A DNA stretch of 64,000 nucleotides, taken from an uncultured bacterium. Its GTDB lineage: Bacteria; Patescibacteriota; Patescibacteriia; Magasanikbacterales; GWA2-37-8. Location: positions 281,372 through 345,371 of the forward strand of contig CALCZC010000025.1 of NCBI GenBank assembly GCA_937903605.1. The letters are read 5' to 3'. A program made the position numbers and the translations under genes. The number at the start of each line of letters is the position of its first letter. The first letter of the stretch is position 1. Positions 56,401 through 63,434 of the stretch are shown here, one piece after another. Under the pieces are notes generated by a model, which had not been told where the DNA came from, ran no database searches, and saw only the letters and a program-made list of their open reading frames with translations.

Positions 56401-57163
56401 AACAATCGGAGCTTTCTCCATCACCACAATCATTTGTTCCGGAAAAATAAATTTGTTTTTGATCTGTTTCGCCGGAAGTTTTTAAAAGATATTTCCATTC
56501 ACCGGCAATCTCCACCCCTCCTTTTTTAATGGAAATTCTTTTTGGTGAAGAGCTGTTTATAGTATTTAAATCAACACCCTTGGTAAAAGAAATTACCGGG
56601 TGATAGTTTGCTATACATTGAGAACCACCACTTGGTCTAGATTGTATAGTAAAAGTTCTATTAACATCTATAATCGTGTTTGGTCCTTCTTTTCTACATG
56701 ACGGACAACTACCACCACAATTGGGTCTGATACTTGGATCAGTTGTACAATCTTCATCGCCATCGCATTCCTGATTATAACAATGACTCGGATATGATTC
56801 TTTAAAAGCGTCCGTCAAATTCTTGATAACAAAACTAACTATTGCATAAGAAGTTAAAATAATAACCAAACCTATAAAACCATTGATTAATATTTTTTTA
56901 GCATCAGCCACCCTGTTTTCATCTCCCCCTGCAGTCATCCACATAAAACCACCCCACAAAACTATTACCACTGCCACCAAACCTAGTAGACCTAGGGCTA
57001 TTCGAATAATATTGGCTATAGTAATCCGGATATCTTGATTACTCAAACCTGTTTGTGCAGCATAATCTAAACCTAAATCCTGAGCTATGGCGTAACTAAA
57101 CAAACAAAACAAACCGACAAAAACAAAAGATAAAAATAAAGATTTTAAAAATATTTTTTTCAT
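47459..57163 (-). CDS. giant surface protein (3,234 aa): VirB2/TrbC-pilin-like N-terminal module plus IPT/TIG domains, CG[ND]G..EECD cysteine repeats and LamG domains
   Basis: Uninterrupted 9,705-nt ORF. Signal peptide, then two hydrophobic helices around the loop TAGGDENRVADAKK. IPT-like segments (ISIDPSKGEKGDFVGIFGRYFG and others). At least nine CG[ND]G-x(5-8)-[GE]E-x-C-[DE] repeats. Two LamG-type signatures (GQIDEIYLYSLPWTNEAI; GLIDDASFYNKVLSPDEIRSHY). Confidence 0.85.
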   Translation of the reverse strand: MKKIFLKSLFLSFVFVGLFCLFSYAIAQDLGLDYAAQTGLSNQDIRITIANIIRIALGLLGLVAVVIVLWGGFMWMTAGGDENRVADAKKILINGFIGLVIILTSYAIVSFVIKNLTDAFKESYPSHCYNQECDGDEDCTTDPSIRPNCGGSCPSCRKEGPNTIIDVNRTFTIQSRPSGGSQCIANYHPVISFTKGVDLNTINSSSPKRISIKKGGVEIAGEWKYLLKTSGETDQKQIYFSGTNDCGDGESSDCLEGNTEYTLEFYDTTNILSVNKEVFSCGNEFPNSPNYKCGLINFKTGSEVDLQSPTIELLSLPEAVQGDSVRFFVRMSDDVAIGYASLNVISSTLDINQLYSSSQLSDCVKEKDIEIIWPTSNFPTGTYDLLATGYDKVPRSTTTEKNILLKPKHCINGVKDGDETGIDCGGSCGRCDGIICERDEDCASGACINNICVPLMRIISIDPSKGEKGDFVGIFGRYFGNTPGKVYFANKENPSSANTSTDWVEAEVTTCGTNVKNWSNNQIVVTVPDGFYQSGAAIMVEKPGDPRQVANTIKDGVNNRSNRLRFVYESNNNPSLCSVSPISFSSFQDGIRYVGKKFGSYDVGDRAYLSTSNDESENLVMTIKQGTWGQPMSGGLYSIVTQAGSTEDGNFLTYIKADGVKSNSLSVQVRNMQDPNAPTVERISPVSGAKGEYITITGKNFGNSRGSVRFYKRVGGLSLATSPYFPGDFMSFMPECAVSDVWTDEKIIVKFPTSFEENSVPTDGNYEVIVFKQNGQSSILRNDITFELGSGEPGPGICKIVPSIGPIGTKVKVYGQNFGTATENLMAYFWKQGASNINYNVRATSSIELLGNVTKGQVITSTVPASAITGEMILMKNGNLDSNPLNFSVFDCVKNNERCLNESGKIDESGNFRCCTEGSDKGMCVPSSSLCSGEIQSTGYKWRFTTGEFPDAPKVVEQCGNNITPSPAPSLILQYQKHRKACENALITIGFTTRINSSTANINNILIYKCIEEPGGNPNVCAELSPDKYSYFIDQPLRTLSGGQESDRDLVVIKPTDGIWEPGFYQVILKKDIKSLGVRAQKLEATLPCDGQIGNISDTAYCYTFGIVAEKCELSGVVINPNEYWTGVLENPIMKRIDKKDLEEITTESQLYTAEGKSNIDCLLMNTDGYDYAWFSQRPTYAEVNNPANKNTTIEAKANTVAEGLNNPDDSVNIISQISTTTEGKSISATGTSPLKIDLSDPKIIEYAPKCLTACPNAEINVKFDKQMSSNILQGGFTLERCNNVDCSQKEPQDIKRIDPWYSGSQIIGFIIMPSSSVLAVNAYYKVNIASNSVFTIASTTNLGLPGKPYKTDFSWIFGTKDKICDVSKVEVSPLVFNAFFIGQRGMYKGNVFSAPDECNTKGQKINANNYDWLWNVVKPEVAIKYDTSIKGSNPFCTSNCLRKGSTFTSASFDYNLPMCGNGVIEAGEDCEISNSGACANPFNQDCSCTEKCLLRNKSKTGSCTTTASGLLDCRLCGDGIINPSDEDCDTNPSIPSGPLIVTSSLNCNTRCLHTGTPLSATWCAENHEKFHDSGSFVGDKSKFETACKNSVSQCGNGKVEPGEECEVDESNCTKFCLFENRKVGSSLFNNTPSVCGDGVYTGDEDRYCETTSTFFGYNASASTSPWVLVEAVGLGYNPSLPKQSTDITGQARNSGKTGTAQFNLVCGYTTDEECVARTPAGATAPFGVGKNSCCYQRPTKLSTYPEKDDVCPNTEIKISFDKPIDATTLQGNLLIAREYPSDNTQFCTGTQIIKSSDILSYSHNDLLPWYKKIWQITISFFQKFFGVEKAVAQWCTGETIGTSDVKYNAEEDSFDIVIDLEKPLVGSSTTYKILLLPGIKDDKGVSIGKRNDGKPHQFTFTTWQEPGICTVGKVEISPSSVFFTKSNSSTILTATAVSQTFPTQFIQPVDSYFWTYVWSKDGSVSFGINEDLIITTNTVISTNQNGEGNVFATVSTTKTGEIIPPGNSKITVNLCENPWPPFEVNGNKVWPFEDIAKNNDGFDFGYKTREEDTGFTGTSFISDSFTKFSTHYCADAGTTGKKDDLPYMKPAINSVGLEPEVIKYFLLTNDKNADAIGIKVFKNLDYLNLTEWLISNSSTMKGNFNFLKVDGYEAAVDGTGNNVYVAALNISSTVYSNIYLFSLNLNANNQTKQVFDQILTNLKFNIDFLEEHNLKMCASGYNWKTKGTLPEGFCNTDLDCLKIPDKPTCLNQKEKMQRNYQRIQDARFVSTSLTNYYNDSKNDNKYPTITQSYLPNRAMSVWQSSWVELGSKLGKPLPLDPINKLAPGGTCFMSSTDPCIQNSDCGTTTVGLTNQVGYWAGENNFNDNIVSTTKRNNAIGQGVTFAPGVGRDFAFNFPKGFEKITIKHQESYNDNLNQFALSFWFKPTEQTPAILIKKGGWSDTASNNTLGGFMVEYNKLSFAGSSPVANNGTIRFAIFPSSTDPLANKQYFAIDTQNPLTLNKWHHVLVRYYDDGTKGDMYLVVDGTIYRTIKTGTSSPSRNVYTTGSVPNLKIGQNKDDIIIGEGLKGQIDEIYLYSLPWTNEAIPDFNKRFENICHLHNLTTGWSAEDLRLSFACADKSMAYSYNLKNDGNYVIRGTGENDNLSGGAWLNVWNKFGFDGNKFVLGNFCESPIISNSAGLCGNGVVNPGEACDPPGTKEYTTTKCPPPANNPNSLLAGVKLCNDKCNWGTQTATTCRAAVGGVCGDGLVQIKAGEICDDGPNNGKLGFCGTNCRLATNNCGNGTLNTGELCDWKKTCADSRLCFINNDLKIKWGLTKEESCNTNCRSYGPYCGDGKWESDYEDCDGNKSCTIETAGGAKISGTKYCTSDCRADNSKIDGLISFWNFNEYSLAGGAGAFAMFPDSKNNNMATCGTISECPLPIDGRNSGNKGLDFSQDSKASLVITETTDPNKRLIRDEMSIELWIKPYSGNSTAARILEKGGWMSFARYRSTTENWFTHTTKQGGYGIEFSPKNGANKIRWIIWSAEKTKASSVDTRALSSGELYNWHHIVATYKKTGSAKSEIKIYLNGVLSKQNLNARVMGDTPFPLCLGQKCVVDYFTKEYSVMDDFGESFKGLIDDASFYNKVLSPDEIRSHYKENSWYCAPFSNSGLVENPDCGDGVWQPENNEECDAGAANGTPCEIPTGFSSCSWCSSVCKLQWNSCSAGFVANNDHECPGMFIRTSIPIWSGM

Positions 57164-57181
57164 GTTATTTAACCTATTATT

Positions 57182-59287
57182 TTAATTGCCAATATCATAA
57201 TAATTGTAATCTCCTGTTTTATCGATAGTACAAGTAGCAGAATAATTTTTTGCTTTTGCTACCCCATTACAACAATAAGGGCCACTACAACAATTACTAC
57301 TTTCTGTACAATAAACATTGCGACCTTCATTACTAGGTCCTTTGCCAGGGAAATAACAATTACCTTTATTATCTTTAACCGCAGAGGTAATTTCTGGTAA
57401 ATAATATTGATAAAAACCATCTAGAAATGGTGTATGTAAAATTTGAGTATAGGTATAAACAGGATCTTCACCAACAAGAACATTTGTAGAAGATGGGGCT
57501 TTACCGAGTGTTTCCAGAGAACATTGAGATTTATTATTAATTTTATTATCCGGAATATTAATTAATATTTCACACCTGTCTTCAGGGTTAGGATATTCAT
57601 CTATTTCAATACTATACAGAGAGCTTTTTTTCATCAATTTACTCCAAGTAATGTTGAGATCTTCCCCGGCTAACACAGTACCTGTTTCCGGTCCTAAAGA
57701 GAGATTGGTTATATATGGAGTGGTAGTATCTACTTTGTCTTCAAGCAAAAATTGCCAAGCATAGTTATCCGCATCTAAAAAACCGCCGTTAAAAGGAGTG
57801 CTGGTATTACGATTGTAGACCCCATCTTTGTTTCCATCCATAGCATTACCAGCCATATCCATAATACCACTACCACCACCTGCCAAATCGGCCACAAAAG
57901 GATTTATTCCTTCTCTTTGCGTTCCAGGGGCTGTTCTAAAAACAACCTGGTACAAATCTTCTTCACAGTTTGCACCCTGTTTATCACAAACTGGCAAACA
58001 ATATTTAAATTCACCGCAAGGATCTTTGCCACATTCCAAAGAAGAAATAAATTCCAGAGTGCGATATTGATTGGTTATTTTAAAAGTGCCAAGTGGCATA
58101 GTACTATTACCGGTTTTAATAAAAACTATTGGGTCATTTGTATTTACTTTATCTTTATAATATTCGCTAATACCGGATCCTGAAGTAACAAAAGATACTT
58201 GAGCATTAGGAAAAATAGGCTCATTGAAATTTATTTCAACAGTTACATCTTTGGTAGAGGTAATACCGTTGGTTGGGTATACCGATGTCACATACGGAGG
58301 GGTAAGATCCTCAACTATACTGCAAGTAAAAAACCATTCATAATAAGAAAATTTAGTATTACTGAAAATAGATCTACCATCAGCTCCTTGCAACGAACTA
58401 TTAACCTTAATCGAATAAGTGATATTGCTTTGATCATCACCCAATAATGTTTCTGGAGATAAAACAATAGTAAATATTTCACTGGTAGTAGCCCCTGATA
58501 GCGTTGTGGTTTCTATGGGGAAAATATACACTTTAACATTACCCGTGAAAGGAATTAAAACGAAACCCCTAGGAGCTGTCGTTGAAGAAACACGCGAATT
58601 TATCGCTATAGTGCTAGTAATCAAATTGTAGGATATTCTACCGAGTTCATCACTAACTTCCTGAGCAACACTTTCCAATTTTATTGGTTTAGCAAAAGTA
58701 ATGGCAATTTTGGTATTTCTTGGAACATCTGTTTGGTTGCGAAGAGGATAATGATCAGTAATAACTTTACCCCAGGCACCACTCCCAACAGCATTCATAA
58801 TACCCGGTTGTTGATAGGAATAATCTCCATCTCCAAAAAAAGACCCTCTTCCCCCCAATCCCAATAAATTCATAACAAAGACAACAATACTGTAAGCACT
58901 TAAAATTATAAACAAGCCTACGGAACCATTAATGAGTGTTTTTTTGGCTTTATCAATCTGTTCCTCATTACCCCCGGCACTCATCCATAACCAACCGCCA
59001 TAAATAATAATAATTACCGCCATAAGACCAAGCATTCCCAAGGCTACTCGAATAATATTGGCAATAATCAAACGAATATCGGTAGTTGGTAATCCAATTT
59101 GTTCAGCATATTCCAAGCCCAAATCTAATTCTGGTTGAACTATGGTGGTTGAATTTACTTCTTGCCCTTGTGTTAAACAAGGTGTTAAAAGAAAAATAAA
59201 AAAACAAAAAACCACCACTAACAATAGCCTGCTCTTGGTGGCGGTTTTAAATTTTTTGATTTGTCCTTTATTTATCAGTTGTAGCAT
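57182..59287 (-). CDS. surface protein (701 aa) with paralogous VirB2/TrbC-pilin-like N-terminal module
   Basis: Signal peptide. The N-module (DIRLIIANIIRVALGMLGLMAVIIIIYGGWLWMSAGGNEEQIDKAKKTLINGSVGLFIILSAYSIVVFVMNLL) is about 60% identical to that of the giant gene. A Cys-rich C-terminus follows. The gene lies 18 nt upstream of the giant gene. Confidence 0.8.
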   Translation of the reverse strand: MLQLINKGQIKKFKTATKSRLLLVVVFCFFIFLLTPCLTQGQEVNSTTIVQPELDLGLEYAEQIGLPTTDIRLIIANIIRVALGMLGLMAVIIIIYGGWLWMSAGGNEEQIDKAKKTLINGSVGLFIILSAYSIVVFVMNLLGLGGRGSFFGDGDYSYQQPGIMNAVGSGAWGKVITDHYPLRNQTDVPRNTKIAITFAKPIKLESVAQEVSDELGRISYNLITSTIAINSRVSSTTAPRGFVLIPFTGNVKVYIFPIETTTLSGATTSEIFTIVLSPETLLGDDQSNITYSIKVNSSLQGADGRSIFSNTKFSYYEWFFTCSIVEDLTPPYVTSVYPTNGITSTKDVTVEINFNEPIFPNAQVSFVTSGSGISEYYKDKVNTNDPIVFIKTGNSTMPLGTFKITNQYRTLEFISSLECGKDPCGEFKYCLPVCDKQGANCEEDLYQVVFRTAPGTQREGINPFVADLAGGGSGIMDMAGNAMDGNKDGVYNRNTSTPFNGGFLDADNYAWQFLLEDKVDTTTPYITNLSLGPETGTVLAGEDLNITWSKLMKKSSLYSIEIDEYPNPEDRCEILINIPDNKINNKSQCSLETLGKAPSSTNVLVGEDPVYTYTQILHTPFLDGFYQYYLPEITSAVKDNKGNCYFPGKGPSNEGRNVYCTESSNCCSGPYCCNGVAKAKNYSATCTIDKTGDYNYYDIGN

Positions 59288-59314
59288 GGTTCAATGATAA
59301 ATAATAAAAATGTT

Positions 59315-59554
59315 TTATTTTTTATTGTACCCTTTTTCTTCCGGCATTCTTCCGATTTTTTTAAGATAAGCGATTTTTTCACTCATTGCCAAACGATGCA
59401 AGGCGCTTTTTTTACGAAGCGTTTTATTTTCTTTTTTGGATTGATAACGAATTTTTTTAACTTGCAAAATCTTTCCGGACTGCTGCCAGCGCTTTTTCAC
59501 GCGACGCATAAATGCTTCAAAAGATTCGTTTTTCTTTCTTTTAATTTCTGACAC
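59315..59554 (-). CDS. rpsU: 30S ribosomal protein S21
   Basis: MSEIKRKKNESFEAFMRRVKKRWQQSGKILQVKKIRYQSKKENKTLRKKSALHRL matches the S21 pattern (…ENESFExAxRRFKR…). Confidence 0.85.
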   Translation of the reverse strand: MSEIKRKKNESFEAFMRRVKKRWQQSGKILQVKKIRYQSKKENKTLRKKSALHRLAMSEKIAYLKKIGRMPEEKGYNKK

Positions 59555-59646
59555 AGTAGTTCACCTCTCTTTCAAAATGGTATTTATTAAAAATTTATTA
59601 AAACTTAGTCAAAAAACGACCTTTTTGACCTGATTTTATTATACAC

Positions 59647-61050
59647 TTATTTATTTGTATCGTCAAACTTCTTTAGTTTCTTTTTCAAGGCTGTTTCTAT
59701 TTTCTTTTGATCTACTATTTCCTGGATTCCGCTTTCCATATCACGGATAATAATTGTCCCCTCTTGTACCTCTTTTTGACCCAAAATAAGAGCATAGGGA
59801 ACTTTCAATTCATTGGCAATATCCAATTGTGTTTTAAGTGAATTTTTATATAAATTAAAGGCTATTTTAATATCACTTCCTCTTAATTCATCCAATATCT
59901 TCATAGCTCTGCCTTTGGCTCTATCTCCCAATTGAGCAAAGAATATGTCGTAATTTTCTTTTTCCACTCTCAGTTGGTTTTGCTGATAATATTCCTTCAT
60001 GTAAATAACACTACGATCGATCCCGAGAGCCATTCCGGCGGCTGGGGTAGCTTTACCACCTAATTCTTCTACCAACAAATCATACCTTCCGCCTCCGCCC
60101 AAAGCACTTTGGGCAGCACCTTCTCCGCTTATCGGATAAACTTCAAACACCGTATGAGTATAGTAATCTAAACCTCTCACTAAAGACGGTCTTAAAACGT
60201 AAGGGATTCCCAATTCATCTAAATATTCCAAAACTTTCATAAAATAACTCTTGGAACTCTCCGATAACCAATCAATGATTTGTGGTGCTTCTTCTTTAAC
60301 TCCTTGACATTGTTCTTCTTTACAATCGAGTAAACGCAGTGGATTTTTTTGCATTCTCTTTCTGCATTCTTCACAAAGATAGCTTTTTTTGGTGCGATAA
60401 TAATTCAATAATTCATTTTTATAACGTTCTCTTTCTTCCGGAGTACCAATACTGTTGATATGAATTTCCACCGGCAAATTTAGATCTTTATAAAAATTAT
60501 AAGCAATCATGATAAGTTCGGCATCAGCGGCCGGATCAAGAATACCAATATTTTCAAAACCAACTTGGGTAAATTGACGATAACGTCCGGCTTGCGGTCT
60601 GTCATGACGAAACATCGGTCCCCAATACCATAATTTTACCGGTTGTGGATTATTCCACAAACCATCAGTCACATAAGCGCGCACAACCGAAGCGGTTGCT
60701 TCAGGACGTAAACAAATTTTTCCTCCATCAGCATCCTCAAAAACATACATTTCTTTTTCCACCACATCAGTACCTTTGCCGATAGAACGAATAAAAAGAG
60801 ATGACTCCTCCAAAATAGGAGTTTCTATACGACTAAACTGCATATATTCCGCTGATTTAGCGGCAACATTATACATGGTTTTCCAATACTTTTCCTCTTT
60901 GGGCAAAATATCATGCATTCCGCGTAAAGCAGCCCATGTTTTTTTATTTTTTTCCACACCACCTTTATTTTCATCAATTTTTTTAACTTTTTCTTTGACC
61001 GCTTGTTTTTTAACGTTCGTCTTTTTTACATTTTTATTTTTATTTTTCAT
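59647..61050 (-). CDS. hisS: histidine--tRNA ligase with K-rich N-terminal extension
   Basis: Class II aaRS motifs (…GMHDILP…, …FRHDRPQAGRYRQF…) and a C-terminal anticodon-binding domain. 467 aa. Confidence 0.9.
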   Translation of the reverse strand: MKNKNKNVKKTNVKKQAVKEKVKKIDENKGGVEKNKKTWAALRGMHDILPKEEKYWKTMYNVAAKSAEYMQFSRIETPILEESSLFIRSIGKGTDVVEKEMYVFEDADGGKICLRPEATASVVRAYVTDGLWNNPQPVKLWYWGPMFRHDRPQAGRYRQFTQVGFENIGILDPAADAELIMIAYNFYKDLNLPVEIHINSIGTPEERERYKNELLNYYRTKKSYLCEECRKRMQKNPLRLLDCKEEQCQGVKEEAPQIIDWLSESSKSYFMKVLEYLDELGIPYVLRPSLVRGLDYYTHTVFEVYPISGEGAAQSALGGGGRYDLLVEELGGKATPAAGMALGIDRSVIYMKEYYQQNQLRVEKENYDIFFAQLGDRAKGRAMKILDELRGSDIKIAFNLYKNSLKTQLDIANELKVPYALILGQKEVQEGTIIIRDMESGIQEIVDQKKIETALKKKLKKFDDTNK

Positions 61051-61061
61051 AAAAAACTAAA

Positions 61062-61652
61062 TTAAGGAGTGGAAAAAACAGCTAATTTATTTGGTGGCCA
61101 ACCGCGAAGCCATGCTCTACCTACCACCAAGCTCTTGTCTATAGGACCGAACCTGCGGGAATCAAAACTATTAGGACGGTTATCACCTAATACAAAAAGT
61201 TGATTTTCCCCGATTTTGGAAGTTCTATCTCCTTGCGTAATCAAATCTTTTGGTAAATAACTTTCTTTCAATTCAAACCCTTCAGGATTTTCGTTGTTAT
61301 AAATAAAAATTTTACCTTCGGTTATTTTAATCGTTTCACCAGGTAAACCAATAATTCTTTTCAAAAAATATTCTTTTGGGTCTTCGGGAAAACGAAAAAC
61401 TATTACTTCTCCACGAACAGGTTCACGAAAACGAAAAGAAAGTTCATCAATAATCAAATATTCTTTTTCATGAAAATTCGGTTCCATGGAAGCCCCTTTG
61501 ACATAAAAAGGTTTAAATAAGTAATAGCGAATAAGCGCAATGGTAATACCGGCCAAAACCGCCACTTTTAACATTTCTAAAATAAAAATCCCAGCAGAAA
61601 TCAAAAAATTAACTGTTTTTTTAGTATAATTTTCTTCCATATTTAATAACAA
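61062..61652 (-). CDS. lepB: signal peptidase I
   Basis: TM anchor. Catalytic Ser box GASMEPNF. Lys box region and C-terminal GDNRPNSFDSR. Confidence 0.85.
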   Translation of the reverse strand: MLLNMEENYTKKTVNFLISAGIFILEMLKVAVLAGITIALIRYYLFKPFYVKGASMEPNFHEKEYLIIDELSFRFREPVRGEVIVFRFPEDPKEYFLKRIIGLPGETIKITEGKIFIYNNENPEGFELKESYLPKDLITQGDRTSKIGENQLFVLGDNRPNSFDSRRFGPIDKSLVVGRAWLRGWPPNKLAVFSTP

Positions 61653-61735
61653 AAATGTAATTATTTAGCTAAAATAACCTTATTTAGATTGATTATACAC
61701 CAAAAAATCCTTCTTGGCAAGCGCTTATAATTGGC

Positions 61736-63016
61736 TTAATTTAGCTCTAAAACAGCTAGGGCTTCAATATGAGGCGTTCGAGGGAAAAAATTGTATAGTT
61801 TAAGGAATTTTACGCTGTACAGAGAGGAAAAATACTTTAAATCCCTGGCTTGGGTAGAGATATCACAAGAGAGATAAATGACTTTTTTGGGTTTTTCTTT
61901 CAAAATCTTTTTTACTAGGTGGGTGTGCAATCCGGCGCGCACGGGATCCACTATCACTATTTTATCTTTGGTAATATAATCGATCATTTTTTCCGCCGGG
62001 GAGCAGACAGCTTCAAAATTTCGAACTTTATTTTTCAAAATATTTTCTTTGGCAAATTTTACCGCTTCAGAATTATTTTCCACCAAAATTCCACTTTTTA
62101 TCTTTTTGTTTATTCCAAGACCAATAGTTCCAACTCCAGAATAATAGTCCACAATTTCACTGTTTTCATCCACGTGATCAGAAATATCTTTCAAGGCTTT
62201 TTTAAACATGTTTTCGTTTATTTGAAAAAAAGAAAGTAGTCCATAACTCAATTTTTTTTCATTGATTTTGGTAGTTAAAAATTCTTCACCAAGTACTTTT
62301 ATTTTTTCCGGTAGCCAATTGCTGGGTTTACGCGGATTGGCAAAATATATATGAAAACCTGCCAATTTAGGACCTATTTGAGGCATTGAAGAAAACTTGA
62401 TATTTTCACGAACAATTAAACCAGCCAATGTTTTTTCTCCGTCATATCGTAAAAGTAAATTCTTCAAAGCAGAAATTGGGGCTTTTATTTCATTTAACCA
62501 AATTAATATCTCTTTTGCCGCTTCGTTAATTTCTTTTTTTGCCAATAGACACCCTTCTTCCATAGATTTAAGTTTCAAACCCCCGCGTTCGTAAAAAGCC
62601 AATTTGATTATGTTGTTTTCTTGCACAAAATGATACTCCATTTTATTGCGATAATGTTCGCTTTCGTTTTCTTCATATTCTATTTCTGGTGGAACTTGCA
62701 AACTCAAACCACTAAGTTTTTCATAAGTTTCTTGGGCAATAATCCTTTTCCAAGCGTTTTCTTGTGCAAAATCCAAAATCTGCCAAGCACTGCATGACAT
62801 ATAATGATCTTCTTTTGGGGACAATCTGTAAGGTGAAGGTGTAATAATTTTAATCGCTTCGCCTTCGCAAAAATTCTTATTTTGTTTGATAATCTCTACT
62901 TCTACTTCTTCTCCAGGTAATCCGTTCCAAACAAAATAAACCTTACCTTCGTGACGAGCCAGGCCCTGTCCACCAAAAACCAACTTCTCAATTTTTAATT
63001 TCACAATTGGTCGCAT
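61736..63016 (-). CDS. 23S rRNA (uracil-5-)-methyltransferase RlmD/RumA family (TRAM plus SAM-MTase)
   Basis: N-terminal TRAM domain (MRPIVKLKIEKLVFGGQGLARHEGKVYFVWNGLPGEEVEVEII). C-terminal MTase (VVDYYSGVGTIGL…IVDPVRAGL…LSCD). Confidence 0.85.
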   Translation of the reverse strand: MRPIVKLKIEKLVFGGQGLARHEGKVYFVWNGLPGEEVEVEIIKQNKNFCEGEAIKIITPSPYRLSPKEDHYMSCSAWQILDFAQENAWKRIIAQETYEKLSGLSLQVPPEIEYEENESEHYRNKMEYHFVQENNIIKLAFYERGGLKLKSMEEGCLLAKKEINEAAKEILIWLNEIKAPISALKNLLLRYDGEKTLAGLIVRENIKFSSMPQIGPKLAGFHIYFANPRKPSNWLPEKIKVLGEEFLTTKINEKKLSYGLLSFFQINENMFKKALKDISDHVDENSEIVDYYSGVGTIGLGINKKIKSGILVENNSEAVKFAKENILKNKVRNFEAVCSPAEKMIDYITKDKIVIVDPVRAGLHTHLVKKILKEKPKKVIYLSCDISTQARDLKYFSSLYSVKFLKLYNFFPRTPHIEALAVLELN

Positions 63017-63320
63017 CTTTTTTGAATATATTTTTTATACACTGAATAAAATATTTGACATGCCACAAAGTATGAAAAAAACTTACCGTTATCATGGCAA
63101 AACCCCATTCAATGTGGTCTCCTCTGACATCCGACCTACCTCTGGTACCTGCCTCAAATTTTAAATACCAAACAATAGCCGTATAGGCCGTGATCACAAA
63201 AGTAATCAGTAAAACCAGATTCCAAAACAAGCGATGCGTGGCCAAAGAATAAATTTTAAACTTAACTAAAACTGCCGAAAAAATATAAAACGCGGCGATG
63301 GAAATGACGATAGTCAACAT
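62988..63320 (-). CDS. hypothetical small membrane protein (110 aa, about 3 TM helices)
   Basis: ORF only. It overlaps the 5' end of the methyltransferase gene by 29 nt. Hydrophobic profile. Downstream of a bidirectional hairpin terminator at 63387-63419. Confidence 0.35.
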   Translation of the reverse strand: MLTIVISIAAFYIFSAVLVKFKIYSLATHRLFWNLVLLITFVITAYTAIVWYLKFEAGTRGRSDVRGDHIEWGFAMITVSFFHTLWHVKYFIQCIKNIFKKDATNCEIKN

Positions 63321-63434
63321 AGAGATTAAATTAATTATTAGTCCAGTTATTATACAAATTTTTAGCTAAAAAATCAACTTTTCAACAATAAATACCACCT
63401 AATTTAGGTGGTATTTATTGTACTAAATATCAGA

